Below, piece after piece: positions 26,206 through 33,844 of a stretch of DNA of 64,000 nucleotides (the stretch's first letter is position 1; each line of letters opens with the position of its first letter). The notes under the pieces are model-generated. The model was not told where the DNA came from. It did no database searches and saw only the letters and a program-made list of their open reading frames with translations. The translations under genes were made by a program, and so were the position numbers. The stretch lies in NCBI GenBank assembly GCA_963841435.1, contig CAWJCS010000005.1, positions 1,510,708-1,574,707 of the forward strand, read 5' to 3'. The stretch is from an uncultured delta proteobacterium (lineage in GTDB: Bacteria > Myxococcota_A > Polyangia > Polyangiales > Polyangiaceae).

Positions 26206-27360
26206 TCAGCTCGCTCGCTCGAGGATTCGAAAAAGAGCGTCCTCGCCGAGCGTCACCGGATTGCCCTTCATGCTGCTCGACACGCGCGCTCGCTCGACGA
26301 GATCGGACGCCATTTTCGCAGAAAACCCATAGCTCGAGAGCCGCGGGATCGCGAGTGCCTCGACGAGCTCGCGCACCCAGAGCACGCCGGCCTCGGGGAC
26401 GGCGTTCGCGTCGCCCGTGAGCACAATCGCGACCGTGGCGTAGCGCTCTACAACGTCGCGGAGCGATGCCGCGCGTGCCTCTGCCAAGTTCGCTTCCATC
26501 ACCTCGGGCAGCAGGCGCGCACACAGTGCCCCGTGCGCCGCGTGCAGCGCGCCACCCAGCGGCCCAGCGAAGCCATGCACGGCGCCGAGCTTGGCGTTCG
26601 CGAGACAAAGACCTCCGAACAGGCTCGCTAGCGCCAGGTCTTCGCGAGCGTCGGCGTCCGATCCGTCCGCACACGCTCGAGCGAGGGAGCGTGCAGCTCG
26701 CCGCATGCCTTCCAGCGCGAGCGCGTCCGTGAGCGGCCCGCGCGCATTCGACACGTACGGCTCCATCACCTGCGTGAGCGCATCGAGCCCGGTCGCTGCC
26801 GTGACGGATGGCGGCACGCCGTGCGTGAGCTCGGAATCGACGAGCGCGAGGCGCGGCAGCATGAAAAGGCTGCGCAAGCTCACCTTGACGCGCTCCGATT
26901 CCACCGCAAGCACGGCATTTTTCGTCACTTCCGCGCCCGTCCCCGCCGTCGTTGGCACGAGCAGGCACGGCAAGCTCGCGCGCGATAGCGGGCGGCCGCG
27001 CCCGACGACCTCGAGGTAGTCGAGCGGTTCACCGGGATTGGTCGTCAGCGCGGCGACTGCCTTCGCAGCGTCGAGCGCGCTTCCGCCGCCGAAGCCGATC
27101 ACGAGGTCGACCCCCGCGGCCCTCGCAGCGCTCACGCCGCGCTCGATCTCGCCCGTGGTCGGTTCGCTGGCCACCGCCATGGTCGAGACCACGACGGCGT
27201 GGCAGCCACTTCGCTCGAGCGACGGCAGGACGCGCTCGGGGTGCGCGCCCGTCACGAGCAGCGCTCGGCTGCCGAGGCCCGCCGCACGCTTGCCGAGCTC
27301 GGCGACGCGCCCTCGCCCGAAGACGACTTCCGTCGCCGTGGCGAACTCGAACGAGCTCAC
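26206..27360 (-). CDS. iron-containing (group III) alcohol dehydrogenase family protein
   Basis: ORF 26206..27465. The GTG at 27360 overlaps the upstream stop as GTGA. Motifs are [42 protein letters not shown] and [24 protein letters not shown]. Confidence 0.85.
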   Translation of the reverse strand: MSSFEFATATEVVFGRGRVAELGKRAAGLGSRALLVTGAHPERVLPSLERSGCHAVVVSTMAVASEPTTGEIERGVSAARAAGVDLVIGFGGGSALDAAKAVAALTTNPGEPLDYLEVVGRGRPLSRASLPCLLVPTTAGTGAEVTKNAVLAVESERVKVSLRSLFMLPRLALVDSELTHGVPPSVTAATGLDALTQVMEPYVSNARGPLTDALALEGMRRAARSLARACADGSDADAREDLALASLFGGLCLANAKLGAVHGFAGPLGGALHAAHGALCARLLPEVMEANLAEARAASLRDVVERYATVAIVLTGDANAVPEAGVLWVRELVEALAIPRLSSYGFSAKMASDLVERARVSSSMKGNPVTLGEDALFRILERAS

Positions 27361-27683
27361 GCGGCCCCGGGAGGCGTTTCGAAGCGGGCGGGCTCGGGAA
27401 AGAGGGCGGCGTACCTGATGCTCGTGCGTGGCGCAGCCATGAGCGGTGCGACGATATCCCGCCACTTGGCGTAGTGCGCCGTTTCCTTGTGGCGGGCGGG
27501 CGCGCGTTCGTCGCGATAGATTTCGACCAGCAAGAAGCGCGTGGGGTCGTCGAGCTGCTCGATGATGTCGAAGCGGACGACGCCGGGCTCCGCGAGGCTC
27601 GCCGCGGCGTTCTCGAGCGTCGCGTGCTTGAACTCACTCACGCCGTCGGCCGTGACGTGAACGTGGACGTGGACGATTAGCAT
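27357..27683 (-). CDS. antibiotic-biosynthesis-monooxygenase (ABM, YgiN-like) domain protein
   Basis: 108-aa ORF: [10 protein letters not shown]...[54 protein letters not shown] is the ferredoxin-like ABM pattern. Confidence 0.75.
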   Translation of the reverse strand: MLIVHVHVHVTADGVSEFKHATLENAAASLAEPGVVRFDIIEQLDDPTRFLLVEIYRDERAPARHKETAHYAKWRDIVAPLMAAPRTSIRYAALFPEPARFETPPGAA

Positions 27684-27786
27684 GGGACAGCAATCCTATC
27701 CCCATGCGCTCACGTGTCGGAAGGGGGCGGTCGAGTGGCGTACGGCTGGCGCGCAACCCCACGCGACGACGCGACGGCGGGCCTGC

Positions 27787-28656
27787 TCAGAAGCGGCCGC
27801 TCAGCGTGAAGAGCCCCTGGCGCGGGCCGAGCGAAACGTCCGCCTTGACGTTCGAGCCACGCACGGGTGCCGCGCTGTCCTGGTCGCGTGTGAGAAACAA
27901 ATAGGCCGCCGTACCGAGGGAGACCACCGCGACCCCGAGCGAGATGTCGGCAACGAGGAGCTCCCGGCGGATGGGTGCCACTTGCCCCTCGGAGCAGCTC
28001 TTGTCGCGTCCGCAGGTACCCTCGAGATCGGCCGCCTCGGAACGACCTTTGATGGCGAAGTAACTGAAGCTCGCGATCCCGAGCAGTCCGACACCCGCGA
28101 GCACGAAGGACGCCACGGGCACGCCCTTACCCGCGTGCTCATGGGCCGATACGGGCAGCTCCTGGCCCGGCGGCGCGACCGGCGGCGCTACGGCGAGCGC
28201 CACGACGATGGGCCGGCCCTTCTCACCCTCGCGAATCACCACCTGCTGCTCGACGGGCTCTGCGCCCGCGGTCGCGAAGCGAAACACGCGGATGCCCGGA
28301 TCGAGCGGCAGTGCGAGACCGTCGAGCCGATCGGTGAGCGTGTTGCCGTCAACCGTGACGTGCACGTCGATGAGGTCCGCGCCTGCCGCGTCACGCGCCT
28401 CGATCACGACGGTGGGCAAGAGCTTGTCGACCTCGGAGAGCCAGAAAGCGCAGTCGTTGCGCACGACGCTCGGGCAACCGGCCTGCGCGCATTCCAGCAA
28501 GCCCTCGCGCGCCGCGAGTAAGCGGTGCGCCGAGCGGTCCGTTTGTGCGTCCTCAGCAGCCTTGACGCAGGCAACAACGTCCTCGCCCGCCAGGGCAAGA
28601 CTCGGTGCAAGAAACCCCGCGAGGGCGACGGCCGCCGCCGCGAGGCGCCTCAGCAT
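27787..28656 (-). CDS. secreted, single-TM protein with Cys-motif plus beta-sandwich ectodomain (resembles a detached kinase ectodomain)
   Basis: 289-aa ORF with a signal peptide (AAAVALAGFLAPSLALAGE). The motif C..AAEDAQ......LLEC...GCPSVVRNDCAFWLSEV is followed by a beta-rich region and a TM (VASFVLAGVGLLGIASFSYFAI). It lies 13 nt downstream of the kinase gene. Confidence 0.65.
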   Translation of the reverse strand: MLRRLAAAAVALAGFLAPSLALAGEDVVACVKAAEDAQTDRSAHRLLAAREGLLECAQAGCPSVVRNDCAFWLSEVDKLLPTVVIEARDAAGADLIDVHVTVDGNTLTDRLDGLALPLDPGIRVFRFATAGAEPVEQQVVIREGEKGRPIVVALAVAPPVAPPGQELPVSAHEHAGKGVPVASFVLAGVGLLGIASFSYFAIKGRSEAADLEGTCGRDKSCSEGQVAPIRRELLVADISLGVAVVSLGTAAYLFLTRDQDSAAPVRGSNVKADVSLGPRQGLFTLSGRF

Positions 28657-28669
28657 TCAGACTCCGGCA

Positions 28670-30157
28670 TCACAGACACTCCATCTTATAACGGCGGTGT
28701 CCGGCCTCGTCGATCGTGTAGGGGGGCTCGCAATTTTTCTTGGTTTTGCCGCCGGGCTTTCGGGAAATCGAGCTCGGCGAGGAAGGCGGCGTCGCTTCGG
28801 CCTCGCCATCCGGTTGCGGCGAGCGGCTTGGCGTCCCCGCCGCCGGGGCAAGGGAGCTCGGTTCGGCAGCAGCAGCGGCAGCCGCCGCGGGCACGGGGAT
28901 GCTCGGCGCGACGGCCACGGGCGAAGGCGAAACGGGCCGGCTCGGCGGCTCGGCGGCTCGGAAGACGAGGAAAGCGGTCGTGACGAGGAAGCCGACGACC
29001 AGTGCGACGAGCGCCACGGCGACGCGGCGGCGTCGGTTGGGATTGAAGTCGACCGAGTCCGCCTCGAGGGCCTCGATCGACCGGTCACTTTGGCTCGGTC
29101 CGGTGCGAAGCTCGACGGCGGTCGGCTCCTCCGACCCAGCAAGCAGCCGCGGGGGGCGTGAGGACGAGCCCACCGAGACGAGATCCTGAATCTGCTCGAT
29201 CTCCGAGATGGCGCGCGCGCGCGTTGCGAGCGCGCCACCCACCATCTTTTCGACCCACTCTCCCACGCGAAGCGGCGTGGCGAGCGGGGTCGCGGCCTCG
29301 AGAGCCCTTGCCATTTCGCGAGCCGTCGCGAAGCGCTCGGCAGGTTCGCGCTTTAGCCCTTTGAGCACGACCGCGTCGAGCTCGGGGGCGAGGCCCGGGA
29401 CGACGGAGCTCGGCGGCAGGATCTCGGCGCTCAGGACGCGCGCGACGGTCGCGGCCTCGCTATCGGCGAGAAACAGGCGCTTGCCGGTGAGCGCTTCCCA
29501 CAGCACGACGGCGGCGGCGTACACGTCGGCCTTGCGATCGGCGGCGCCGAGCTGCAGCTGCTCGGGAGCAATGTAGGCCATCTTGCCGCGCACCTGACCC
29601 TCACGGGTGATCTGCGCCCGACCCGCAGCCTTCGCGATCCCGAAGTCCAAAACGCGGGCGATGCCATCCACACCCACGAGAATGTTCTGGGGCGAAACGT
29701 CGCGATGCACGATGCCGAGCGGCTCGCCACGCTCGTTCTTCGCTTCGTGGGCGGCGTGCAGACCGTGCAACACGGCCACCAGGATGGCCGAGACCACGTC
29801 GAGCGGCGGCGCCTCGTTCGCTTCCCGAGCCGCGTAGAGCAACCTAGCGAACGACTCGCCCAGAAAATACTCCATCACGAGAAACAGCTCGCCCTGTGAC
29901 GCCACGACGTCGAGGGTCGGGACCACGTTCGGATGCTGGATGCGAGCGGCGAGGCGCGCCTCGTCGAGAAACATCGTCACGAACTCGGGGTCGCGGGCGA
30001 ACTGAGGGTGCAGCCGCTTGATGGCGACGGTCCGGGCGAAGCCGGCGGGACCGAGCAATCGCCCCACGTGCACCGAGGCCATACCGCCGGCCGCGATCTC
30101 GTCGAAGAGCGCGTAACGACCGATGACTCTCGGTCCCTGAACCGACGCGACTGCCAC
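28670..30157 (-). CDS. Ser/Thr protein kinase (Hanks-type), membrane-spanning
   Basis: 495-aa ORF: GRYALFDEIAAGGMASVH...AIKRL...HRDVSPQNILV...DFGIAKA...YIAPEQ. It then has a TM (VAVALVALVVGFLVTTAFLVF), a Pro/Ala-rich tail and a terminal CEPPYTIDEAGHRRYKMECL. Confidence 0.92.
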   Translation of the reverse strand: MAVASVQGPRVIGRYALFDEIAAGGMASVHVGRLLGPAGFARTVAIKRLHPQFARDPEFVTMFLDEARLAARIQHPNVVPTLDVVASQGELFLVMEYFLGESFARLLYAAREANEAPPLDVVSAILVAVLHGLHAAHEAKNERGEPLGIVHRDVSPQNILVGVDGIARVLDFGIAKAAGRAQITREGQVRGKMAYIAPEQLQLGAADRKADVYAAAVVLWEALTGKRLFLADSEAATVARVLSAEILPPSSVVPGLAPELDAVVLKGLKREPAERFATAREMARALEAATPLATPLRVGEWVEKMVGGALATRARAISEIEQIQDLVSVGSSSRPPRLLAGSEEPTAVELRTGPSQSDRSIEALEADSVDFNPNRRRRVAVALVALVVGFLVTTAFLVFRAAEPPSRPVSPSPVAVAPSIPVPAAAAAAAAEPSSLAPAAGTPSRSPQPDGEAEATPPSSPSSISRKPGGKTKKNCEPPYTIDEAGHRRYKMECL

Positions 30158-30456
30158 GGCGGGTCATGGTACGCGAGCTTGTCGGTCCGAGCACGCCCCC
30201 GGAATTGCCCAAAAAACAGCCGGACCGGAGCAAGCACGGGCTCGTGGGGGCGAGGTCGCGCGCACTCGCGCCCACAGTTGCTCACCCGCGGCATCAACGG
30301 CGGGCCGCGCGCAGCAAGCGTTCAGGCCATGCCCCGAGGGCGTGCATCGCGTAGAATGATAGAGACCGGCCACGTTGTCGCAGCGACGGTGCGCCGGTAA
30401 AAAGCACGTTGGTCAAACGGCATCCGAAGCATGACGGGGAGCCGCCGCGTCGGGGG

Positions 30457-31234
30457 GTGCGGCATCTCGACCGAGCGAGAGCGAGCGCGATCTCGGTGCT
30501 CGGCGTTGCGACCGCCTGCTCGCTCGTCACACCCCTCGACTTCGTCGGCGGCACGGGGGCGGCGGGCGCCCGGAGCGGCCCGCTCGGCGGGAGCGGGGGC
30601 ATTGCCATCGGGCACGGGCGGTACTTTTCTCGAGGGCGGCGAGGCCGGGGCCAACGAGGGCGAAAACGGTGGGCTGAGCGGCACGGCGGGAGACGCAATG
30701 GGCGGGAGCAGCGGCGCGGGCGCGGGCGGCGCGGGCACGGGCGGCGGAGGAGCAGCGGGCGCAGGACAAACTAGCCGCGGTGGCGACGCCGGGACGAGCG
30801 GTAGCGCCGGCGCTTCGGGCCAGGGCGGGTGCCCCAGCGTGGATCTCCAGTCCGATCCCGAGCACTGCGGCGCGTGCAACACCGCTTGCTCCTCGACCGA
30901 GGATTGCATCGGCGGAAAGTGCATCGGCTCGCCGTGCGACGAGCTCTGCGGGACCTTCGTGACCGTGAGTGAGAGCGCCGACGGATTTCGGATGGACGAC
31001 ATCGGCACGAGCGAACAGTGCTTCGAGGTCATCGGATACACGCGCCCCACGGGCACTCCGAGCCTCATTTGCTGGAACTTCGACGTGGGACGAACGCTCC
31101 AGGTGAACGGCGAGGCCGCGACGTGCACCACCGAGCCCGGCTTCCCCGTGGGCTCTCCGCGGGCCGGCGGCTATTGCATCAAAGTCGGCGCCGGAAACTG
31201 GTCGTACGCGGGCTTCAAGCTGCCCCTGCCGTGA
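30457..31234 (+). CDS. secreted Cys-rich lipoprotein; signal peptide and mature domain lie in different frames (apparent frameshift near 30595-30599)
   Basis: The frame of ORF 30409..30774 gives (GTG 30457) VRHLDRARASAISVLGVATACSLV, a signal plus lipobox. The frame of ORF 30431..31234 gives a Gly-rich linker, then CPSVDLQSDPEHCGACNTACSSTEDCIGGKC and the C-terminal module ...RTLQVNGEAATC...GGYCIKVGAGNWSYAGF. Confidence 0.6.
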
Positions 31235-31270
31235 GGGGCTGGGTGCAACGCCCGGGCGAGACCGGGCGCG

Positions 31271-31525
31271 TCAGGCGGCCGAGTGTCGCGTGGCGGCGGC
31301 GCTCCCGGCGGATCGGCGCGTCGTTGCCGGCGCGGGCGGATCGTCGGCAAGGAGCACGAGGAGCTCCCGTAGCTCCTCCGCGGAGCGCATCTCCGTGTCG
31401 AGGGCGAGCAGGGCGTGGTCGGTGCAGAGCAGCACGTCCTGGTGCCCCAGCATGACGCCGATAAGCTTTGCGTTCCGCGGGGTATGTTCGCAAGCTTCGC
31501 AGTGCTGGCGCATGGCGAACACCAT
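31271..31525 (-). CDS. small hypothetical protein with CxxC...CxxH motif
   Basis: 84-aa ORF, MVFAMRQHCEACEHTPRNAKLIGVMLGHQDVLLCTDHALL..., mostly with G/C third positions. No family recognised. Confidence 0.45.
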   Translation of the reverse strand: MVFAMRQHCEACEHTPRNAKLIGVMLGHQDVLLCTDHALLALDTEMRSAEELRELLVLLADDPPAPATTRRSAGSAAATRHSAA

Positions 31526-31640
31526 GGGGGCCGGTCTGGCCGGGGGCCGAAATTTTCGTCGGGCGACAGCCCAATTTCGGCGGCGTTTCGCCCGGGCTCG
31601 ACCGGCCGCAGAGGGCGTGTTACTTCCTGCCCCCCCTGCC

Positions 31641-31645
31641 GAGGA
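31641..31645 (+). promoter_or_regulatory. Shine-Dalgarno-like GAGGA, 5 nt upstream of ATG 31651
   Basis: The sequence gaggacgacgATG is read directly at 31641-31653. Confidence 0.5.
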
Positions 31646-31650
31646 CGACG

Positions 31651-31764
31651 ATGTATCTCGCCACCAAGAACAAGCCCAGGAAGACCGACCGCAAGCGTTC
31701 CGCCCGCTTCCGTGCGGAGGTCAAGGCGAAGAACAAGCGCCGCCGCCAGGGCCTGAAGAAGTAG
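31651..31764 (+). CDS. 37-aa highly basic small protein
   Basis: MYLATKNKPRKTDRKRSARFRAEVKAKNKRRRQGLKK. The ATG is preceded by GAGGA and nearly every codon ends in G/C. It corresponds to Met 62 of ORF 31468..31764. Confidence 0.6.
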   Translation: MYLATKNKPRKTDRKRSARFRAEVKAKNKRRRQGLKK

Positions 31765-31818
31765 CGCGTACCCGCGCTGGCAAGCTGGAGCTCGGGTTCG
31801 GCCCCCCGCACGGGCCGT

Positions 31819-32337
31819 TCAGAAGTCGTCGTCGCGTCCGTGACCGAGCGCACGCACCGCCACGTCGTGGTCGAAACCTGCGCGCGCGAGCGTCGCGAGG
31901 TCCTTGCGACGATACTCCGCACGCTCGGCCTCCGGTCGCAACGGGCCGAGCCGGCGCCGCTTGACGAGAGCACGCGCCGCTTCGAGCTCGGAAGCCGTTT
32001 CCTTGGGGACGGCGCCGTCGGCGATGGCGCTCGGGATGCCCCGCAACCGCAGCCGTTGCACGATGGCACGCCGTGAAGCGCCGCGCTCCTTCAAGCGCGC
32101 CGTGAGCTGCGCGGCGAAGCGCCCGTCGTCGAGCAAGCCGGACGCCTGGTAGCGCTGGAGCAGGGCGTCACGGTGGCGAACGAGCTCGCCCTCGTCGCCG
32201 CCGCGGCGCCGCATCAACGTGCCGAGATGGCGGCGCAGTTTCTCCGTCGAACAGTCGAAACGATCGAGATAGCGGAGCGCCGCTTCTTCGAGCTCGGCCG
32301 GTGAGAGCGGCCCGGCCGGCTTGCGCTTGACGGTCAC
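31819..32337 (-). CDS. recX: RecX-family regulatory protein
   Basis: 172-aa ORF with a GTG start overlapping the mglA stop (GTGA 32334-32337). It shows three helical repeats of the RecX type: [20 protein letters not shown]..., [44 protein letters not shown]..., and [20 protein letters not shown]. Confidence 0.75.
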   Translation of the reverse strand: MTVKRKPAGPLSPAELEEAALRYLDRFDCSTEKLRRHLGTLMRRRGGDEGELVRHRDALLQRYQASGLLDDGRFAAQLTARLKERGASRRAIVQRLRLRGIPSAIADGAVPKETASELEAARALVKRRRLGPLRPEAERAEYRRKDLATLARAGFDHDVAVRALGHGRDDDF

Positions 32338-32921
32338 CCGCCGCGGCGGAGCTCGTTCAATACGAGCCGGCTGACGGCCTTGAGCGTGTCGAACACCCCG
32401 ACGCCCGAGCGTGCGTTGGCCTCGAAATCGGGCACGCCCGTGGGGTTGATGAGCGAGCGCAGCTCCTCCACCGTCACGACGTTCGGCAGGTCGCGCTTGT
32501 TGTACTGAATGACGTACGGGATTTTTTCGAGCGAGTAGCCTTGTTCGGCGAGGTTCGTGCGCAGGTTCTCGACGCTCTCCTGGTTCGCCTCGAGGCGCTC
32601 CATCTGCGAGTCGGCGACGAAGATGACTCCGTCGACGCCCTTCAGGATCAGCTTGCGGCTTGCGTCGTAAAAGACCTGCCCGGGCACCGTGTAGAGATGG
32701 AAGCGGGTCTTGAAACCGCGGATCTCACCGAGCGACAGCGGCAAGAAGTCGAAGAACAGCGTGCGCTCCGTCTCCGTCGCGAGGCTGATCATCTTGCCCT
32801 TCGCCTCGGGGTTGGTGCGCTCGTAGATGTACTGAAGATTCGTGGTTTTGCCGCACAGCCCGGGACCGTAGTAGACGATCTTGCAGTTGATCTCCCGGGC
32901 CATGTAGTTGATGAAGCTCAT
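32334..32921 (-). CDS. mglA: gliding-motility Ras-like GTPase MglA
   Basis: 195 aa: [33 protein letters not shown]...[53 protein letters not shown]...IQYNKRDLP...[11 protein letters not shown]. It is near-identical to MglA of Myxococcus xanthus as I recall it. Confidence 0.97.
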   Translation of the reverse strand: MSFINYMAREINCKIVYYGPGLCGKTTNLQYIYERTNPEAKGKMISLATETERTLFFDFLPLSLGEIRGFKTRFHLYTVPGQVFYDASRKLILKGVDGVIFVADSQMERLEANQESVENLRTNLAEQGYSLEKIPYVIQYNKRDLPNVVTVEELRSLINPTGVPDFEANARSGVGVFDTLKAVSRLVLNELRRGG

Positions 32922-32976
32922 CGCCCTGGATCCTCAGCGTTGGGTGCGTAGGGGGTCGCGCGCCGACGTTGCATGC

Positions 32977-33462
32977 TCAGTCGTTGAACAGATTGTCGAT
33001 GTCTTCGTCGGTGATCTCGGCGAAAGGCGAGTCCCCGCCCGGCTCCTGCACCTTGCTGAGCAGCGCTTCGAAGATGCGGTTCAGCTCGTCACTGGCCTTG
33101 CGGACACGCAAGCGAACCAGGCCCAGGCTCGACTTGGAATCGAAGATCACCACCAGGATGACGCGATTGCCCACCAGCTGGATGTGGATGTTCGCTTTTT
33201 CGCCCTCGTGAAACTGGGTCGCAAACTCATTCTCGCGCAGGAGCTTCGCGATGCCGCCCGTCGCCGCGATGTTGCCCGCCGTGAGCGAGGCGAGGGACGT
33301 GGTGTCGATATTGTCCACCTCGCCGCTAGCGGCGATGAGCTGCCCGTTCTTGTCGACGATGAAGACGACCTTGGCGTTCGCTTCCCGAACCAGGCGGTCC
33401 ACGACCGTTTGGATCTGGTTGAACTCCTCTTCGTACATCACCATCTGTGGATTGACCATCAC
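32977..33462 (-). CDS. mglB: MglB, Roadblock/LC7-family GAP of MglA
   Basis: 161 aa: ...VMYEEEFNQIQTVVDRLVREANAKVVFIVDKNGQLIAASGE..DTTSLASLTAGNIAATGGIAKLL..NEF..QFHEG...LVVIFD..SSLGLVRLR..KASDEL...SPFAEITDEDIDNLFND. It sits immediately upstream of mglA. Confidence 0.95.
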   Translation of the reverse strand: MMVNPQMVMYEEEFNQIQTVVDRLVREANAKVVFIVDKNGQLIAASGEVDNIDTTSLASLTAGNIAATGGIAKLLRENEFATQFHEGEKANIHIQLVGNRVILVVIFDSKSSLGLVRLRVRKASDELNRIFEALLSKVQEPGGDSPFAEITDEDIDNLFND

Positions 33463-33844
33463 GCCTCCACCAAAGCCCGGGGTGCGCCCGCGGCGCCCCG
33501 TGCCTCAGGGTCAGGCCCGGTCTCTTTGGGCGGACCGGGGTGCTCCGATCGCGCGGAGCTCGTCATCTCGTCGTGTTTCTAAAGCGAGGAACACTTGTAA
33601 CTGACCGCCCACGGGCGGACAAGGCCCGCATCGCCCCGAGCGCTCGACGGGCCTGCCGCACGCCCGCCAACCCACCCCATCCGCAGCGCTCGGCGCCCGC
33701 TCGAGGTGGCCAGGAGCGCCGCGCATCGGTGATCCGGGCCCGTGGAACCGGGTGACGGCCGTCCGGCCTCTGTTTCGAGCGGGTGGCCGCCCGACCTTTC
33801 CGATTTGCTCGAAGCCCGCCTGGCGGTACGAGGACAGACCGCCC

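Noticed and set aside
31651-31764. Identification of the 37-aa basic ORF as ribosomal protein L34 or another known small ribosomal protein.
   Set aside because: It lacks the L34 signature (KRT.QP....R...HGFR.RM) and does not resemble Thx, L36 or S21 as I recall them. I keep it as an unassigned small basic protein.
31763-31778. The hairpin agcgcg-tacc-cgcgct right after the small ORF stop, as a possible intrinsic terminator.
   Set aside because: It has only a 6-bp stem and no downstream T tract, so it is indistinguishable from chance palindromes in GC-rich DNA.
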